Of a DNA stretch of 64,000 nucleotides, positions 52,501-64,000 are shown piece by piece. This DNA is from Eledone cirrhosa (taxonomy: Eukaryota): positions 27,652,001 to 27,716,000 of the forward strand of contig OZ024742.1 in the NCBI GenBank assembly GCA_964016885.1, written 5' to 3'. Under the pieces are notes generated by a model that was given only the letters and a program-made list of their open reading frames with translations, was not told the origin of the DNA and did not search any database. The position numbers and the translations under genes were made by a program. Position 1 is the stretch's first letter; every line of letters starts with the position of its first letter.

Positions 52501-55500
52501 GGTGGCATGTAAGAGAGAAGACTGCATTGTTACAGACATGACTGGGTTTAAGAGGAATGCTAGGTGGCATGTAAGAGAGAAGACTGCATTGTTACAGACA
52601 TGACTGGGTTTAAGAGGAATACTATGTTGTATGTAAGAGAGAAGACTTCATTATTATAGACATGACTGGGTTTAAGACGAATGCTAGGTGGCATGTAAGA
52701 GAGAAGACTGCATTGTTAGAGACATGACTGGGTTTAAGAGGAATACTAGGTGACATGTAAGAGAGAAGACTGCATTGTTACAGACATGACTGGGTTTAAG
52801 AGGAATGCTAGGTGGCATGTAAGAGAGAAGACTGCATTGTTACAGACATGACTGGGTTTAAGAGGAATGCTCGGTGGCATGTAAGAGTGAAGACTGCATT
52901 GTTACAGACATGACTGGGTTTAAGAGGAATGCTCGGTGGCATGTAAGAGAGAAGACTGCATTGTTACAGACATGACTGGGTTTAAGAGGAATGCTAGGTG
53001 GCATGTAAGAGAAAAAACTGCATTGTTACAGACATGACTGGGTTTAAGAGGAATACTGAGTGGCATGTAACAGAGAAGACTGCATTGTTACAGACATGAC
53101 TGGGTTTAAGAGGACTGCTAGGTGGCATGTAAGAGAGAAGACTGCATTGTTACAGACATGAATGGGTTTAAGAGGAATACTAGGTGGCATGTAAGAGTGA
53201 AGACTGCATTGTTACAGACATGACTGGGTTTAAGAGGAATGCTCGGTGGCATGTAAGAGAGAAGACTGCATTGTTACAGACATGACTGGGTTTAAGAGGA
53301 ATGCTAGGTGGCATGTAAGAGAAAAACTACATTGTTACAGACATGACTGGGTTTAAGAGTAATACTGAGTGGCATGTAAGAGAGAAGACTGCATTGTTAC
53401 AGACATGACTGGGTTTAAGAGGAATGCTAGGTGGCATGTAAGAGATAAGACTGCATTTTTACAGACATGACTGGGTTTAAGAGGAATGCTAGGGGGCATG
53501 TAAGAGAGAAGACTGCATTGTTACAGACATGACTGGGTTTAAGAGGAATACTGAGTGGCATGTAAGAGAGAAGACTGCATTGTTACAGACATGACTGGGT
53601 TTAAGAGGAATGCTAGGTGGCATGTAAGAGTGAAGACTGCATTGTTACAGACATGACTGGGTTTAAGAGGAATGCTCGGTGGCATGTAAGAGATAAGACT
53701 GCATTGTTACAGACGTGACTGGGTTTAAGAGGAATACTGAGTGGCATGTAACAGAGAAGACTGCATTGTTACAGACATGACTGGGTTTAAGTGGACTGCT
53801 AGGTGGCATGTAAGAGATAAGACTGCATTGTTACAGACATGACTGGGTTTAAGAGGAATGCTAGGGGGCATGTAAGAGAGAAGACTGCATTGTTACAGAC
53901 ATGACTGGGTTTAAGAGGAATACTAAGTGGCATGTAAGAGAGAACACTGCATTGTTACAGACATGACTGGGTTTAAGAGGAATGCTAGGGGGCATGTAAG
54001 AGAGAAGACTGCATTGTTACAGACATGACTTGGTTTAAGAGGAAAGCTAGGGGGCATGTAAGAGAGAAGACTGCATTGTTACAGACATAACTGGGTTTAA
54101 GAGGAATACTATGTGGCATGTAAGAGAGAAGACTGCATTGTTACAGTCATGACGGGGTTTAAGAGGAATGCTAGGTGGCATGTAAGAGAGAAGACTGCAT
54201 TGTTACAGACATGACTGGGTTTAAGAGGAATGCTAGGTGGCATGTAAGAGAGAAGACTGCATTATTACAGACATGACTGGGTTTAAGAGGAATACTAGGT
54301 GGCATGTAAGAGAGAAGACTGCATTGTTAAAGACATGATTGGGTTTAAGAGGAATACTAGGTGACATGTATAAGAGAAGACTGTATTGTTACAGACATGA
54401 CTGGGTTTAAGAGGAATGCTAGGTGGCATGTAAGAGAGAAGACTGCATTGTTACAGACATGACTGGGTTTAAGAGGAATACTATGTTGCATGTAAGAGAG
54501 AAGACATCATTATTATAGACATGACTGGGTTTAAGAGGAATGCTAGGTGGCATGTAAGAGAGAAGACTGCATTGTTAGAGACATGACTGGGTTTAAGAGG
54601 AATACCAGGTGACATGTAAGAGAGAAGACTGTATTGTTACAGACATGACTGGGTTTAAGAGGAATACTAGGTGGCATGTTAGAGAGAAGACTTCATTATT
54701 ATAGACATGACTGGGTTTAAGAAGAATGCTAGGTGGCACGTAAGAGTGAAGACTGCATTGTTACAGACATGACTGGGTTTAAGAGGAATGCTAGGTGGCA
54801 TGTAAGAGTGAAGACTTCATTGTTACAGACATGACTGGGTTTAAGAGGACTGCTAGGTGGCATGTAAGAGAGCAGACTGCATTGTTACAGACATGACTGG
54901 GTTTAAGAGGAATACTAGGTGGCATGTAAGAGTGAAGACTGCATTGTTACAGACATGACTGGGTTTAAGAGGAATGCTCGGTGGCATGTAAGAGAGAAGA
55001 CTGCATTGTTACAGACATGACTGGGTTTAAGAGGAATGCTAGGTGGCATGTAAGAGAAAAACTGCATTGTTACAGACATTACTGGGTTTAAGAGGAATAC
55101 TGAGTGGCATGTAAGAGAGAAGACTGCATTGTTACAGACATGACTGGGTTTAAGAGGAATGCTAGGTGGCATGTAAGAGTGAAGACTGCATTGTTACAGA
55201 CATGACTGGGTTTAAGAGGAATGCTCGGTGGCATGTAAGAGAGAAGACTGCATTGTTACAGACATGACTGGGTTTAAGAGGAATACTGAGTGGCATGTAA
55301 GAGAGAAGACTGCATTGTTACAGACATGACTGGGTTTAAGAGGAATGCTAGGTGGCATGTAAGAGTGAAGACTGCATTGTTACAGACATGACTGGGTTTA
55401 AGAGTAATGCTCGGTGGCATGTAAGAGAGAAGACTGCATTGTTACAGACATGACTGGGTTTAAGAGGAAAGCTAGGTGGCATGTAAGAGAAAAAACTGCA

Positions 55501-58410
55501 TTGTTACAGACATGACTGGGTTTAAGAGGAATACTGAGTGGCATGTAACAGAGAAGACTGCATTGTTACAGACATGACTGGGTTTAAGAGGACTGCTAGG
55601 TGGCATGTAAGAGATAAGACTGCATTGTTACAGACATGACTGGGTTTAAGAGGAATGCTAGGGGGCATGTAAGAAAGAAGACTGCATTGTTACAGACATG
55701 ACTGGGTTTAAGAGGAATACTAAGTGGCATGTAAGAGAGAACACTGCATTGTTACAGACATGACTGGGTTTAAGAGGAATGCTAGGGGGCATGTAAGAGA
55801 GAAGACTGCATTGTTACAGACATGACTGGGTTTAAGAGGAATGCTAGGTGGCATGTAAGAGAGAAGACTGCATTATTACAGACATGACTGGGTTTAAGAG
55901 GAATACTAGGTGGCATGTAAGAGAGAAGACTGCATTGTTAAAGACATGATTGGATTTAAGAGGAATACTAGGTGACATGTAAGAGAGAAGACTGTATTGT
56001 TACAGACATGACTGGGTTTAAGAGGAATGCTAGGTGGCATGTAAGAGAGAAGAATGCATTGTTACAGACATGACTGGGTTTAAGAGGAATACTATGTTGC
56101 ATGTAAGAGAGAAGACATCATTATTATAGACATGACTGGGTTTAAGAGGAATGCTAGGTGGCATGTAAGAGAGAAGACTGCATTGTTAGAGACATGACTG
56201 GGTTTAAGAGGAATACTAGGTGACATGTAAGAGAGAAGACTGTATTGTTACAGACATGACTGGGTTTAAGAGGAATACTAGGTGGCATGTAAGAGAGAAG
56301 ACTTCATTATTATAGACATGACTGGGTTTAAGAAGAATGCTAGGTGGCACGTAAGAGTGAAGACTGCATTGTTACAGACATGACTGGGTTTAAGAGGAAT
56401 GCTAGGTGGCATGTAAGAGTGAAGACTTCATTGTTACAGACATGACTGGGTTTAAGAGGACTGCTAGGTGGCATGTAAGAGAGAAGACTGCATTGTTACA
56501 GACATGACTGGGTTTAAGAGGAATACTAGGTGGCATGTAAGAGTGAAGACTGCATTGTTACAGACATGACTGGGTTTAAGAGGAATGCTCGGTGGCATGT
56601 AAGAGAGAAGACTGCATTGTTACAGACATGACTGGGTTTAAGAGGAATGCTAGGTGGCATGTAAGAGAAAAACTGCATTGTTACAGACATGACTGGGTTT
56701 AAGAGGAATACTGAGTGGCATGTAAGAGAGAAGACTGCATTGTTACAGACATGACTGGGTTTAAGAGGAATGCTAGGTGGCATGTAAGAGATAAGACTGC
56801 ATTGTTACAGACATGACTGGGTTTAAGAGGAATGCTAGGGGGCATGTAAGATAGAAGACTGCATTGTTAGAGACATGACTGGGTTTAAGAGGAATACTAG
56901 GTGGCATGTAAGAGATAAGACTGTATTGTTACAGACATGACTGGGTTTAAGAGGAATGTTAGGTGGCATGTAAGAGAGAAGACTGCATTGTTACAGACAT
57001 GACTGGGTTTAAGAGGAATACTAGGTGGCATGTAAGAGAGAAGACTGCATTGTTACAGACATGACTGGGTTTAAGAGGAATACTAGGTGGCATGTAAGAG
57101 AGAAGACTGCATCGTTACAGACACTACTGGGCTTAAGAGGAATACTAGGTGGCATGTAAGAGAGAAGACTGTATTGTTACAGACATGACTGGGTTTAAGA
57201 GGAATGCTAGGTGGCATGTAAGAGAGAAGACTGCATTGTTACAGACATGACTAGGTTTAAGAGGAATGCTAGTTGGCATGTACGAGAAAAGACTGTATTG
57301 TTACAGACATGACTGGGTTTAAGAGGAATGCTAGGTGGCATGTAAGAGAGAAGACTGCATTGCTAGAGACATGACTGGGTTTAAGAGGAATACTATGTTG
57401 CATGTAAGAGAGAAGACTTCATTATTATAGACATGACTGGGTTTAAGAGGAATGCTAGGTGGCATGTAAGAGAGAAGACTGCATTGTTAGAGACATGACT
57501 GGGTTTAAGAGGAATACTAGGTGACATGTAAGAGAGAAGACTGCATTGTTACAGACATGACTGGGTTTAAGAGGAATGCTAGGTGGCATGTAAGAGAGAA
57601 GACTGTATTGTTACAGACATGACTGGGTTTAAAAGGAATGCTAGGTGGCATGTAAGAGAGAAGACTGTATTGTTACAGACATGACTCGGTTTAAGAGGAA
57701 TGCTAGGTGGCATGTAAGAGAGAAGACTGCATTGTTACAGACATGACTAGGTTTAAGAGGAATGCTAGTTGGCATGTAAGAGAAAAGACTCTATTGTTAC
57801 AGACATGACTGGGTTTAAGAGGAATGCTAGGTGGCATGTAAGAGAGAAGACTGCATCGTTAGAGACATGACTGGGTTTAAGAGGAATACTAGGTGACATG
57901 TAAGAGAGAAGACTGCATTGTTACAGACATGACTGGGTTTAAGAGGAATACTAGGTGGCATGTAAGAGAGAAGACTGCATTGTTACAGACATGACTGGGT
58001 TTAAGAGGAATACTAGGTGGCATGTAAGAGAGAAGACTGCATCGTTACAGCCATGACTGGGTTTAAGAGGAATGCTACGTGGCATGTAAGAGAGAAGACT
58101 GCATTGTTACAGACATGACTGGGTTTAAGAGGAATGCTAGGTGGCATGTAAGAGAGAAGACTGCATTGTTACAGGATGTGATGTGCTGGAAGAACATGTA
58201 CAAAGAAATTCCAATTGTAGGAAGCCATAGTAGAGGTCATGGTAAACCAAGGGAACCCTGGATGGAGGTGGTGAGAGCTAATCTCAGATTACTGAGACTC
58301 ACAGACGAGATGACAAAGGAATACGACAAGTAGAAAGATGATGTGCTGAAAAGGACCTGTCCAACCAATGCAAGCAAGAAAAAACTGGCATAAAAACGAT
58401 GATGATTATC
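34560..58410 (+). mobile_element. Old RTE LINE 3' fragment split by the satellite (flanks 34560-34624 and 58175-58410)
   Basis: Left flank ICWLCKINVKERQGLYELIEK resembles LRWMCNSNIRERQSINELRER. Right flank GHGKPREPWMEVVRANLRLL resembles GVGRPKKTWDEVITADL, followed by an aaccaatgcaagc...aaaacgatgatgat tail. Confidence 0.8.
34625..58174. repeat. 62-bp satellite array, ~380 monomers, ~23.5 kb
   Basis: Consensus actgggtttaagaggaatgctaggtggcatgtaagagagaagactgcattgttacagacatg. Period 62 (e.g. 34681 to 34743), a few 61-bp monomers, no spacers. Confidence 0.99.
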
Positions 58411-58424
58411 ATTATTATTATTAC

Positions 58425-58857
58425 AATGATTGGGAGAGTCTGTAGAGTGTTGGACATATTTTGTGGCATATAGTTACGTCCCTTTATGTTCTGATTTCAA
58501 AACTCAGTGAGGTTAGCTTTGCCTTTCATCATTACAGGGTCGATAAAATAAAGTACCAGTAATACACTGATGTTAATCTAATTGACATTCCCCTTCTCCC
58601 TCCTCCAAAATTGCTGGCCTTGTGCCTAAATCAGAGACCATTATTATCATTATTATTATAGTTTTGGCGGTGAATTGGTCGTATCAGTAGAGCGTCAGAC
58701 GCCATGCTTTCCAGCAGAGTTACGGCCCTTTATGATCTGAGTTCAAATCCCGACGAGGTTAACTTTGCCTTTCATCCTTAAAGGATCGATAAAATAAAGT
58801 ACTAGTAATACACTGGGTAATTGCTGGCCTTGTGCCAAATGTAGAAACAATTATTAT
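58425..58857 (+). mobile_element. Tandem pair of SINE family A
   Basis: Copies at ~58425-58650 and ~58665-58857. TSD attattatagttttgg at 58652-58667 and 58850-58865. Confidence 0.85.
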
Positions 58858-59842
58858 AGTTTTGGTTAAAAGAAAATTACAGACTACATAGGTACTGAGT
58901 AATTAAATAAAAGCATGATATATCTCTCCAAAGAACAAACAGGAAAGGTTCTATCATTTCTTAAATACCCAACTAGTGAACCCCAGCAGCACCAAGATAC
59001 AAATAACTTCCTACATTGCTACTGTTATTATTATTATTATTATTATTATGATTATCATTGATAATAATAATATTGTTAACATTTTTTTTGTTAATATTGT
59101 TGTAGTTGTGTGTGTGTCTCAGTGGGATTGTTATAAATTAATGTTGAAAGTAAGCTATTGTCGAGATAACGTTAAGAAAGTTCTTGATTTCCTTTGAGAG
59201 TTTTACCTTGGATAATATGGTGGGGGGGGGGAATTGTTGTTGAAAGAAATGTGTTGATGAGACCATGCAGGATCTTTCTTTCAGTTTTTAGCTCTGTATT
59301 ATGTAGCATGTAGTATGGAGCAAATTAGAAACTTCTTTCATCAAACCACCTGGATGAGTAGCTAGCCTATCTTTAGGATTCTTTAACTACAAACATTTGA
59401 CAGCTGTTCTTTAACCCTTTTCTTACTCTATTTCAAATAAAAGACATTCCCTAATAATTTTTTTAATAATTGAGAATTTGGAGGGATTTTGTAATATAGA
59501 AACAAAACCAGAGGAAAACAATGATAATCACTGAAGATGCCACGGAAAAATGTATGAAAAAAGAACTTTGAGAGATTATATTTATGTTTATATTTCTAAC
59601 TGTTGGTCAATCAATGATAAAAATTGATTGCCAACTAAATTATTTATGAAAAAATAAAATATAAAAATATATTGAAACTGAAGTGAAAACCAAACCAAAC
59701 AGTGTGTTTTACTATTTTTGACAATTTTAGGACAACATGACCCTCCTCATATATAACAATATAAAAAATGTTCATATGTTGATCTTTGGAACATAACAAA
59801 TTTTCTAATATAAATCATCAGGGAAGGTTTATAGATAAATAT

Positions 59843-60005
59843 AAGACCTGGATAGAAGTGTTTGAGAGCTGATCTCAGATTGCTAAAGCTCATGGAGGAG
59901 ATGACAAAGGAATAGAACAATTGGAGAGATGCTGTACTGAGAAGGACCTGTCCAACCCATGCAAGTTTGGAACAATTGGACTAAAATGATGATGATAATG
60001 ATGAT
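59843..60005 (+). mobile_element. RTE LINE 3' fragment
   Basis: Collinear with 58255-58405 (gagagct.atctcagatt...gatgacaaaggaata...aaggacctgtccaacc). Confidence 0.75.
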
Positions 60006-60603
60006 AAGCATTTCAAAACAAACAGTTTTGTATCATAAAACCATGGGGAGGTCACAGGCTGTTTAGTATCAACAGAATTTATTACCCTATTTTGAGGTTT
60101 GTAAGATAAAATGCACTCATGTATAAGACATACCTTTATTTTAAATAAAGATGTTTATGAATAAATTCTAGTAGTACTTAAAGGATATTCTTTTAACAAA
60201 AATTCCGCTTACTACAAATCTTTTCATTGCCATATTTCTAATGAAAGGCACAATGATTTGAAAATCATTTAAAAAATAATCATGAATTTTAATATAACTT
60301 TCTTATTATTAAGCTGATGTTTGGAACATTATGTTTTTTACATAAAATTATGATGAAAAATATTTAGATAAAAAAGAACACTTTAAAATAAAGTTTTCTA
60401 TCATAGAACCAGTAGTGGTTACAAGTGATTCAGTGCTAAAAGGGTTAAAAGCTTAAAAGAGTTATTTTGCACAACATTGGTCAGTGATTGCCATATATTT
60501 GCAAATATTACCTACAATTGACTCACTTTTAGAAAATTAGTAAATAGTGTAAATGATTGTTTTTCTATAAAGAAATATCAATAAACTAACTTATACAGCG
60601 CGC

Positions 60604-60739
<136 letters not shown>

Positions 60740-60979
60740 TTGCTCTTGCTCAATGAGACTGGGGTCATCTGAGGTCAGTGAGCCAACAGTATCATCATGT
60801 GAGAGCTGACCAGGCTCACCGGTGCCCTCATTCACTGGTGATCCCATGCCAGCCCTCTGCATCCCCCAAGATGATGTCAAGCCTCTGGAAAAGAGGATCT
60901 ATCATGTCTGACATAAAGCAATTGACAGGTGGTACATAGTTGGAACACCATTGTTATCCATCAACTAAATCATTTGACG

Positions 60980-61192
60980 AGTTCCCAGACCTCAATTGCT
61001 TACCAAGTGGGGGGAAAAGCATCAATTAAGACCAAGGAAACAATGTTTCCATTGGTCTTTCCATTGCTGATACTATCTACCTTGTAAAAAGAGCAGTGTG
61101 AAAAAAATCATCTTGCTCAAGGCCATAATGCATCACTTGGTCTGGGAATTGAACTCTCAACCTCATGATTGAAAATCCATTTCTCTAATCAC
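60980..61192 (-). mobile_element. SINE family B variant
   Basis: Shared with 10005-10210 and 16385-16633. Confidence 0.65.
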
Positions 61193-61248
61193 CTATTGTT
61201 ATAGACCTACTTAATCATGGCTTACCTGGGACTAGACAACAATGTTAA

Positions 61249-61584
61249 CTTTTAACATCCTGTACCACATGAAACTACATTAACAAAACATTCTTGAAAA
61301 GTATAAAACAACACTATGATTACTTTGTATTAAAAATTGATATCTTTAATATGGAAAATGTTCACAACAAACTGTCCACTAGTAAAAATACTATAAACAT
61401 TTAAAGTAACAAACTACAAGAAACCAATTAGCAAAAGAGGACTGACTACATCACATTAACAAATTAAAGTCTAATGCTGCACATGTTTTATAATGATCTT
61501 CCACTAGTAACGATATTATACATATTTGAATTAACAAATCTGTTTTTAGATATTTTCTGCTAAATTATTACAGGAAGTTAAGAG
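61249..61584. mobile_element. MITE with TTAA TSD (piggyBac-like)
   Basis: TTAA-cttttaacatcctgta ... tacaggaagttaagag-TTAA gives 16-bp TIRs with 2 mismatches. Internal partial duplication (ccactagtaa twice). Confidence 0.65.
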
Positions 61585-61954
61585 TTAACTCTGCCAATAT
61601 GACTCCCACATTTGACTTCTCCCTTTATATAAACTAATATATTAAGACTGCTCATGACACCCAAGCTGTATATTACATGATATGATATTATATAATATAA
61701 TATATGTGTCTCTCACTCCCATCTTTCTTGTGAATGTTTCTATGGATTCTCTGTGGAAATAATTAATCTACTATGGCAGCACATCATCTAATATTGGAAT
61801 CCTACAACAACACAAGATTATTCTCCCTTGAAGAATTTAAAATTCATATATTTATTTATCCTACATGTATAATCTCTTGCTGATGTTTATGTGTATGCCC
61901 ACACTCACATGTATGTATATGTGTTTATGGATGTGTGTGTATGTGTGTGTGTGT

Positions 61955-62004
<50 letters not shown>

Positions 62005-62024
62005 CACACAAACACATGTATGTG

Positions 62025-62576
62025 TATACGTCTGTTTTCCTTGCCAGCATGGAGTGGATGGGTTGTCACATTCCAAGACTAAACATGTAAAATGACCACA
62101 CCTAGCTCATACATTTCATTCTGGCATGGTTTCTGCAGCTGGATGCTCTTTTTAATGGCACCCACCCTACAACATGTACTGGGTACATTTTATCATGACA
62201 TCACCACTACCATTTCAGAGTATTGGCTGGGTGTATTCTATCATGGAACCAGCTCTACTACTTTAGAATGTGATCTAGTGTGTACTTTATCATAACATCA
62301 GCTATATAATTTTGTAGTATGAGTTATGTGTATTCTATTGTGGAACCAACACCATCACTTTCCAATATGAACTAGGGTGTATTTTATCATAAGACCAGCT
62401 ATAAAGTTTGTAGCATGGACTGGGTATATTCTATCATGGTACCAGCACTAGCACTTTACAATGTGAGCTAAGTTGTATTTTAAAATAACACATGCTATAT
62501 ATTTTTGTAGTATGAACTGGGTGTATTTTATCATGGAACAAGCACTATCATGTTCCAATGTGTGATAGGTGTATTT
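62025..62576 (-). repeat. RTE 3' end with its UTR repeat expanded to ~9 x ~48 bp
   Basis: ttttccttgccagcatgg...cagctggatgc is an RTE tail on the minus strand. ctgggtgtatt.tatcat-like units start near 62179, 62228, 62276, 62324, 62372, 62420, 62468, 62517, 62565. Confidence 0.6.
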
Positions 62577-62790
62577 TGGTTTCTGATTTAGGCACAAGGT
62601 GATCAATATTTGGGGAAAAGGAAAGTCAATTAAATCCACTCTAGTGCATTACTGGTTCTTTATTTTATCGTCCCTGTAATGAAAAAAGCAAAGCTAACCT
62701 TGGTGTGATTTGATCTCAGAACGGAAATGGTTGTAGCTATATGCCACAGAGCATGTTATTTGATGCTCTGCTGCTACTGACAATCCAATA
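62577..62790 (-). mobile_element. SINE family A (old)
   Basis: Reverse complement of the family A body and head. Confidence 0.75.
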
Positions 62791-63524
62791 ATAGAAGATA
62801 TGATACAAAATAAAACAGGAGGAAGATATTATATAGAAAGCATAGCAAAGGAAGCTGGATCATAAAATAGGTGGTAAAGGTAGATAAAGGTAAAAGGATG
62901 AGATAAATAAAGGTGAGATAGAAAAAGAATAATATAGGGAGGGATAGATAGAATGATATATATATGAGTTACCATTAATGGATATAAGCCAAATGTGAGG
63001 GGCTGTGTGTGTGTGTGTGTGTAGCGGGATGTATGGATTTGTGTATGTGTGTGTGAGGGGGATGTATGAATATGTATATGTGAGGGGCGATGTATGGATA
63101 TGTGTATGTATTTGTGTGTGTGGTGGGAGGTTGTGTGTGTGTATGAGTGTATGTCTGTTTTAGGTGTGTGTATGTCTATTATGGGTGTGCATGTGTGTTG
63201 TGTATTTTGTCTGTGTTGTGTATGTGTCCGTGTCTGTGTGTGTTGTGTGTGTGTTCTCTGTGTGTTATGTGTGTAATGGAATATCTAATGGCACCAATTA
63301 TGATCCATCTAGACATCCTAACATCACTTACAAAGATCCAAAGATCCAAAAGAATAATTTCCACTAAAACCTATCAGTCAGATAAACCCAACTAAAAGAA
63401 ACATAGGAGTCAATAGAGGCTACAAAAATATTCAACAGAACCTCCTAGCTACTTTACATCTTCCCTTGCCTCCCAGTTTTTCTTTTTTTTTTGCCTATTT
63501 TGTCCCCCAATTAGACTTCCATAT

Positions 63525-63762
63525 TTAATTTTTTTTATTCTATATTCACTTATCTCAGTATATCTTTTTTTTTTTTGTTTCTCAACTGTAAAAAGTACTA
63601 GATACTTCCTGTAGTCTGTCATCGCTTACTAACTCTTTACGGACCTTTATTTTTATTTTTATATTCACTTAACTCTATATTTCTTGTTTGTATTTTTTTG
63701 TTTCTCAACTGTATGAAGTACTAGAACCTTCCCGTGGTCTGTCATGGCTTACTAGCTCTATA
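63525..63762. repeat. ~121-bp diverged tandem duplication
   Basis: tatattcactt...tttgtttctcaactgta..aagtactaga...tctgtcat.gcttacta occurs twice. Confidence 0.75.
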
Positions 63763-64000
63763 CAGATGTTTAAATGGATTAAATAAATAAATAACAACCT
63801 ATTCCTGTCTGAATCATACCTAAATGTAATGAGGCTTTGTCACTACTATTATGGAACTCTACCCAAGTGGTTATGAATTGGTTCCCATCTCTTCCTAACA
63901 ATACAAACTGAGAAGTCTTACACTATAACATAAAATGTTATTATCCTTCTATCTCAAAACAATTACTGGTAAATGTACTTTTGTTAGCTAAACCACTCAC

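Noticed and set aside
54915-56783. Two identical 85-aa minus-strand ORFs
   Set aside because: Satellite monomers with stop-removing variants inside a duplicated block. Used only as duplication markers.
34625-58174. CRISPR-like array
   Set aside because: Monomers are contiguous with no unique spacers, there are no cas genes, and the context is eukaryotic.
59411-60448. One piggyBac-like element bounded by ttaaccctttt...aaaagggttaa
   Set aside because: The ends match only ~11 bp and similar ends recur at 9481, 28359 and 31889. The interior is a patchwork, so the pairing cannot be established.

Overview
AT-rich, microsatellite-laden eukaryotic DNA. The SINE and LINE families and the (TA)n/(GAT)n landscape resemble octopus or cephalopod genomes (inference). 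I find no convincing host protein-coding gene, rRNA, tRNA gene or CRISPR array, and almost all listed ORFs are microsatellite or antisense artefacts. Mobile elements: one full-length dead Tc1 (DD34E, IR/DR TIRs, TA TSD), several 5'-truncated RTE-clade LINEs (one family carries a C4HC3 PHD-like finger inside the RT), a decayed Penelope-like RT+GIY-YIG element, a CRE-like RLE remnant, many tRNA-derived SINEs and a few MITEs. Highlights: (1) a ~23.5 kb, ~380-copy 62-bp satellite whose monomer is a piece of RTE LINE coding sequence, with the parent LINE still readable on both flanks and with higher-order block duplications; (2) smaller TE-derived tandem arrays that look like earlier stages of the same process; (3) dispersed type I hammerhead-ribozyme motifs of Penelope pLTR type, two with complete catalytic cores (2731-2780 +, 22246-22311 -), several within inverted duplications. 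All coordinates and counts were read by eye.
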